Source: Octopus sinensis
Lineage: Eukaryota
Assembly (NCBI RefSeq): GCF_006345805.1
Contig: NC_043000.1
Location: forward strand, 56,234,001 to 56,298,000
Direction of reading: 5' to 3'
DNA: 64,000 nt
Shown here: in pieces, positions 62,101-64,000 of the stretch
How positions within the stretch are numbered: the stretch's first letter is position 1
Layout of the letters: every line of letters begins with the position of its first letter
Position numbers and translations under genes: made by a program
Notes under the pieces: generated by a model
What the model saw: the letters and a program-made list of their open reading frames with translations, nothing else
Told to the model about the DNA's origin: nothing
Database searches by the model: none

Positions 62101-63020
62101 CAATTCTAGCATATTTTTGTAATCATATAATTCACATGCTGCTTCTCTTTTAGTTTTAGCATACATTTATGCAAGCTTTACCACAGTTACCCACTTAGTA
62201 ACTGCGAAAATCAAACATACCCAAGGTAACAGTCAATAACATGACATTTAGCCCTGATAATAACTTCAGGAACTAACTATCTGGGACTTACAACCAATAA
62301 CTTTAAAGTAAGTTTCATTTATCATATCCACACTTTCAGGTCTGAGGCCAGAGAAAACTCCACCCACTCCTGTATCATTTATAACAAAATTGAACCATTA
62401 TTTTGCTACCAATAATTTCAAGTCATTAGCTGTTAATCCCATTCCATCAATTTTACTAAAATCTTTAATTTCACTGAAATTTCTAAGAAAAGGAGAGTAA
62501 TTCTATCCATTGAACCAGAGTTGCCCCTCAATGCAACAGGTGTCACCAGTTGTTGAGATATAAAATAAACCATATAGCCTGAACTGACCAATGAAATTAG
62601 TCCACTCTCATCATCCAATGATAATCAGCTTTCTTTAGATGCTCTGAGCATCTCATCACTTAGTATTAAGCATCTGGATGATTAGACATGCCCTTAGCAT
62701 GATGGGTATGTAGCTAAAACAACTTTGAATCAAGTTAATGCAAGTATTTAAGTCCATGATCTGTTGAGTGTTCTTTTCTTTCATTTGTCAACCTATATAT
62801 ATGTATATATATGGTTGTGTGTGCATGCATGTGTATTCAACACACATACATACTTACCTGTGTATGCATGCATTTACACATAAACATGTTCATTTGCCTA
62901 CATATACAGACACTAAATGAATGGAAGTCTAATGTACTAGAAGCAATTAACAGATTACACAACAGGCATTAAAGGAGAGAAAAAAAAAGAACTCACACCC
63001 ATGCACACACATACATGCAT

Positions 63021-63055
<35 letters not shown>

Positions 63056-63169
63056 TACATACAAACAATCAAAACAAACAGAAAATGATCAACAATAATT
63101 TTTAGAACTTCATTCAATTTTCTGAGTGATAGCTTTGATCCTGTAGTAGTATAATATTTTCCTTTAAAC

Positions 63170-63545
63170 AATGTTTAGTCTCCTTTCTTTATTTCTTTCT
63201 TCCTTTCTTCTTTTCTTCTGCATTGCTTTCCTCTTTTATCCTTCATCATCTTCCTTCTTTTCTTCCTTTCTTGTTCTTTCTTCTCTGCTTCTTCCTTTCT
63301 TTCTTACATCTTCTTTCCTTTCTGTATTCTTACTTTCTTCTTTCATTCTCCTTTAAATACTGTTTGATATATTTTCTCTTTTCTGACTACTGTTGTTGAT
63401 GTCATTCTTGCTACTACTGCTGCTGCTGCTGTTGTTGTTGTTGTTGTTGTTCCTCTTCCTTTTTTTCTTCTTCTTTTTTTGTTGCTGATGATAATGCTGC
63501 TTTTGGTGTTGCTGCCATGCTGGTTGTTGTTGTTGTTGTTCTTGA
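63170..63545. repeat. Polypyrimidine and (GCT/GTT/TTC)n low-complexity tract
   Basis: Direct inspection. Confidence 0.9.
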
Positions 63546-63602
63546 TTTTTGATGATGATAAGGATGTTCTAGCAGTGTTTCCCAGCTGATGTTGTTAGTA
63601 TC

Positions 63603-63764
63603 AGGCTTAGGAGTGGCTGTATGGTAAGTAGCTTGCTTACCAACCACATGGTTCCAGGTTCAGTCCCACTGCATGGCACCTTGGGAAAATGTTTTCTACT
63701 ATAGCCTCGGGCTGACCAAAGCCTTGTGAGTGGATTTGGTAGACGGAAACTGAAAGAAGTGCAT

Positions 63765-63845
<81 letters not shown>

Positions 63846-64000
63846 ATGTATGTATGTATGTGTGTGCATATATGTTTGTGTGTCTGTGTTTATCCCCCCC
63901 AACATCGCTTGACAACCGATGCTGGTGTGTTTACATCCCCGTAACTTAGCGGTTAGGTAAAAGAGACCGATAGAATAAGTACTAGGCTTACAAAGAATAA
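63603..64000 (+). mobile_element. SINE A running off the window end
   Basis: aggagtggctgtatggtaagtagc head with long internal (TA)n. Confidence 0.93.

Noticed and set aside
62433-62618. Minus ORF start LDDESGLISL vaguely cadherin-like
   Set aside because: No PE, DxD, LDRE or DxNDN cadherin motifs; the frame is bounded by stops.

Overview
AT-rich eukaryotic intronic or intergenic DNA, made up mostly of microsatellites and decayed mobile elements. The repeat families resemble, from my recollection rather than a search, those of octopod cephalopods (Octopus spp.). I could not confidently identify a host protein-coding gene, rRNA, true tRNA or CRISPR array, and almost all ORFs in the track are microsatellite translations. 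Supported content: three tRNA-derived SINE families (called A, B and C here, about 40 copies or fragments); many RTE-type LINE 3' tails and two RTE coding relics; relics of restriction-like-endonuclease non-LTR elements (R4/Dong-like, HERO-like); two mariner relics, one with both TIRs and TA target duplications; TTAA-flanked piggyBac-like MITEs; a hAT-like MITE; and a 328-bp fold-back element. The most notable pattern is that tandem arrays repeatedly arise from retroposon ends (26.3, 28.0, 36.4, 37.2 and 44.8 kb). Candidate exons are given at low confidence because splice-like hexamers occur often by chance in sequence this AT-rich. Most element boundaries were read by eye and are approximate.
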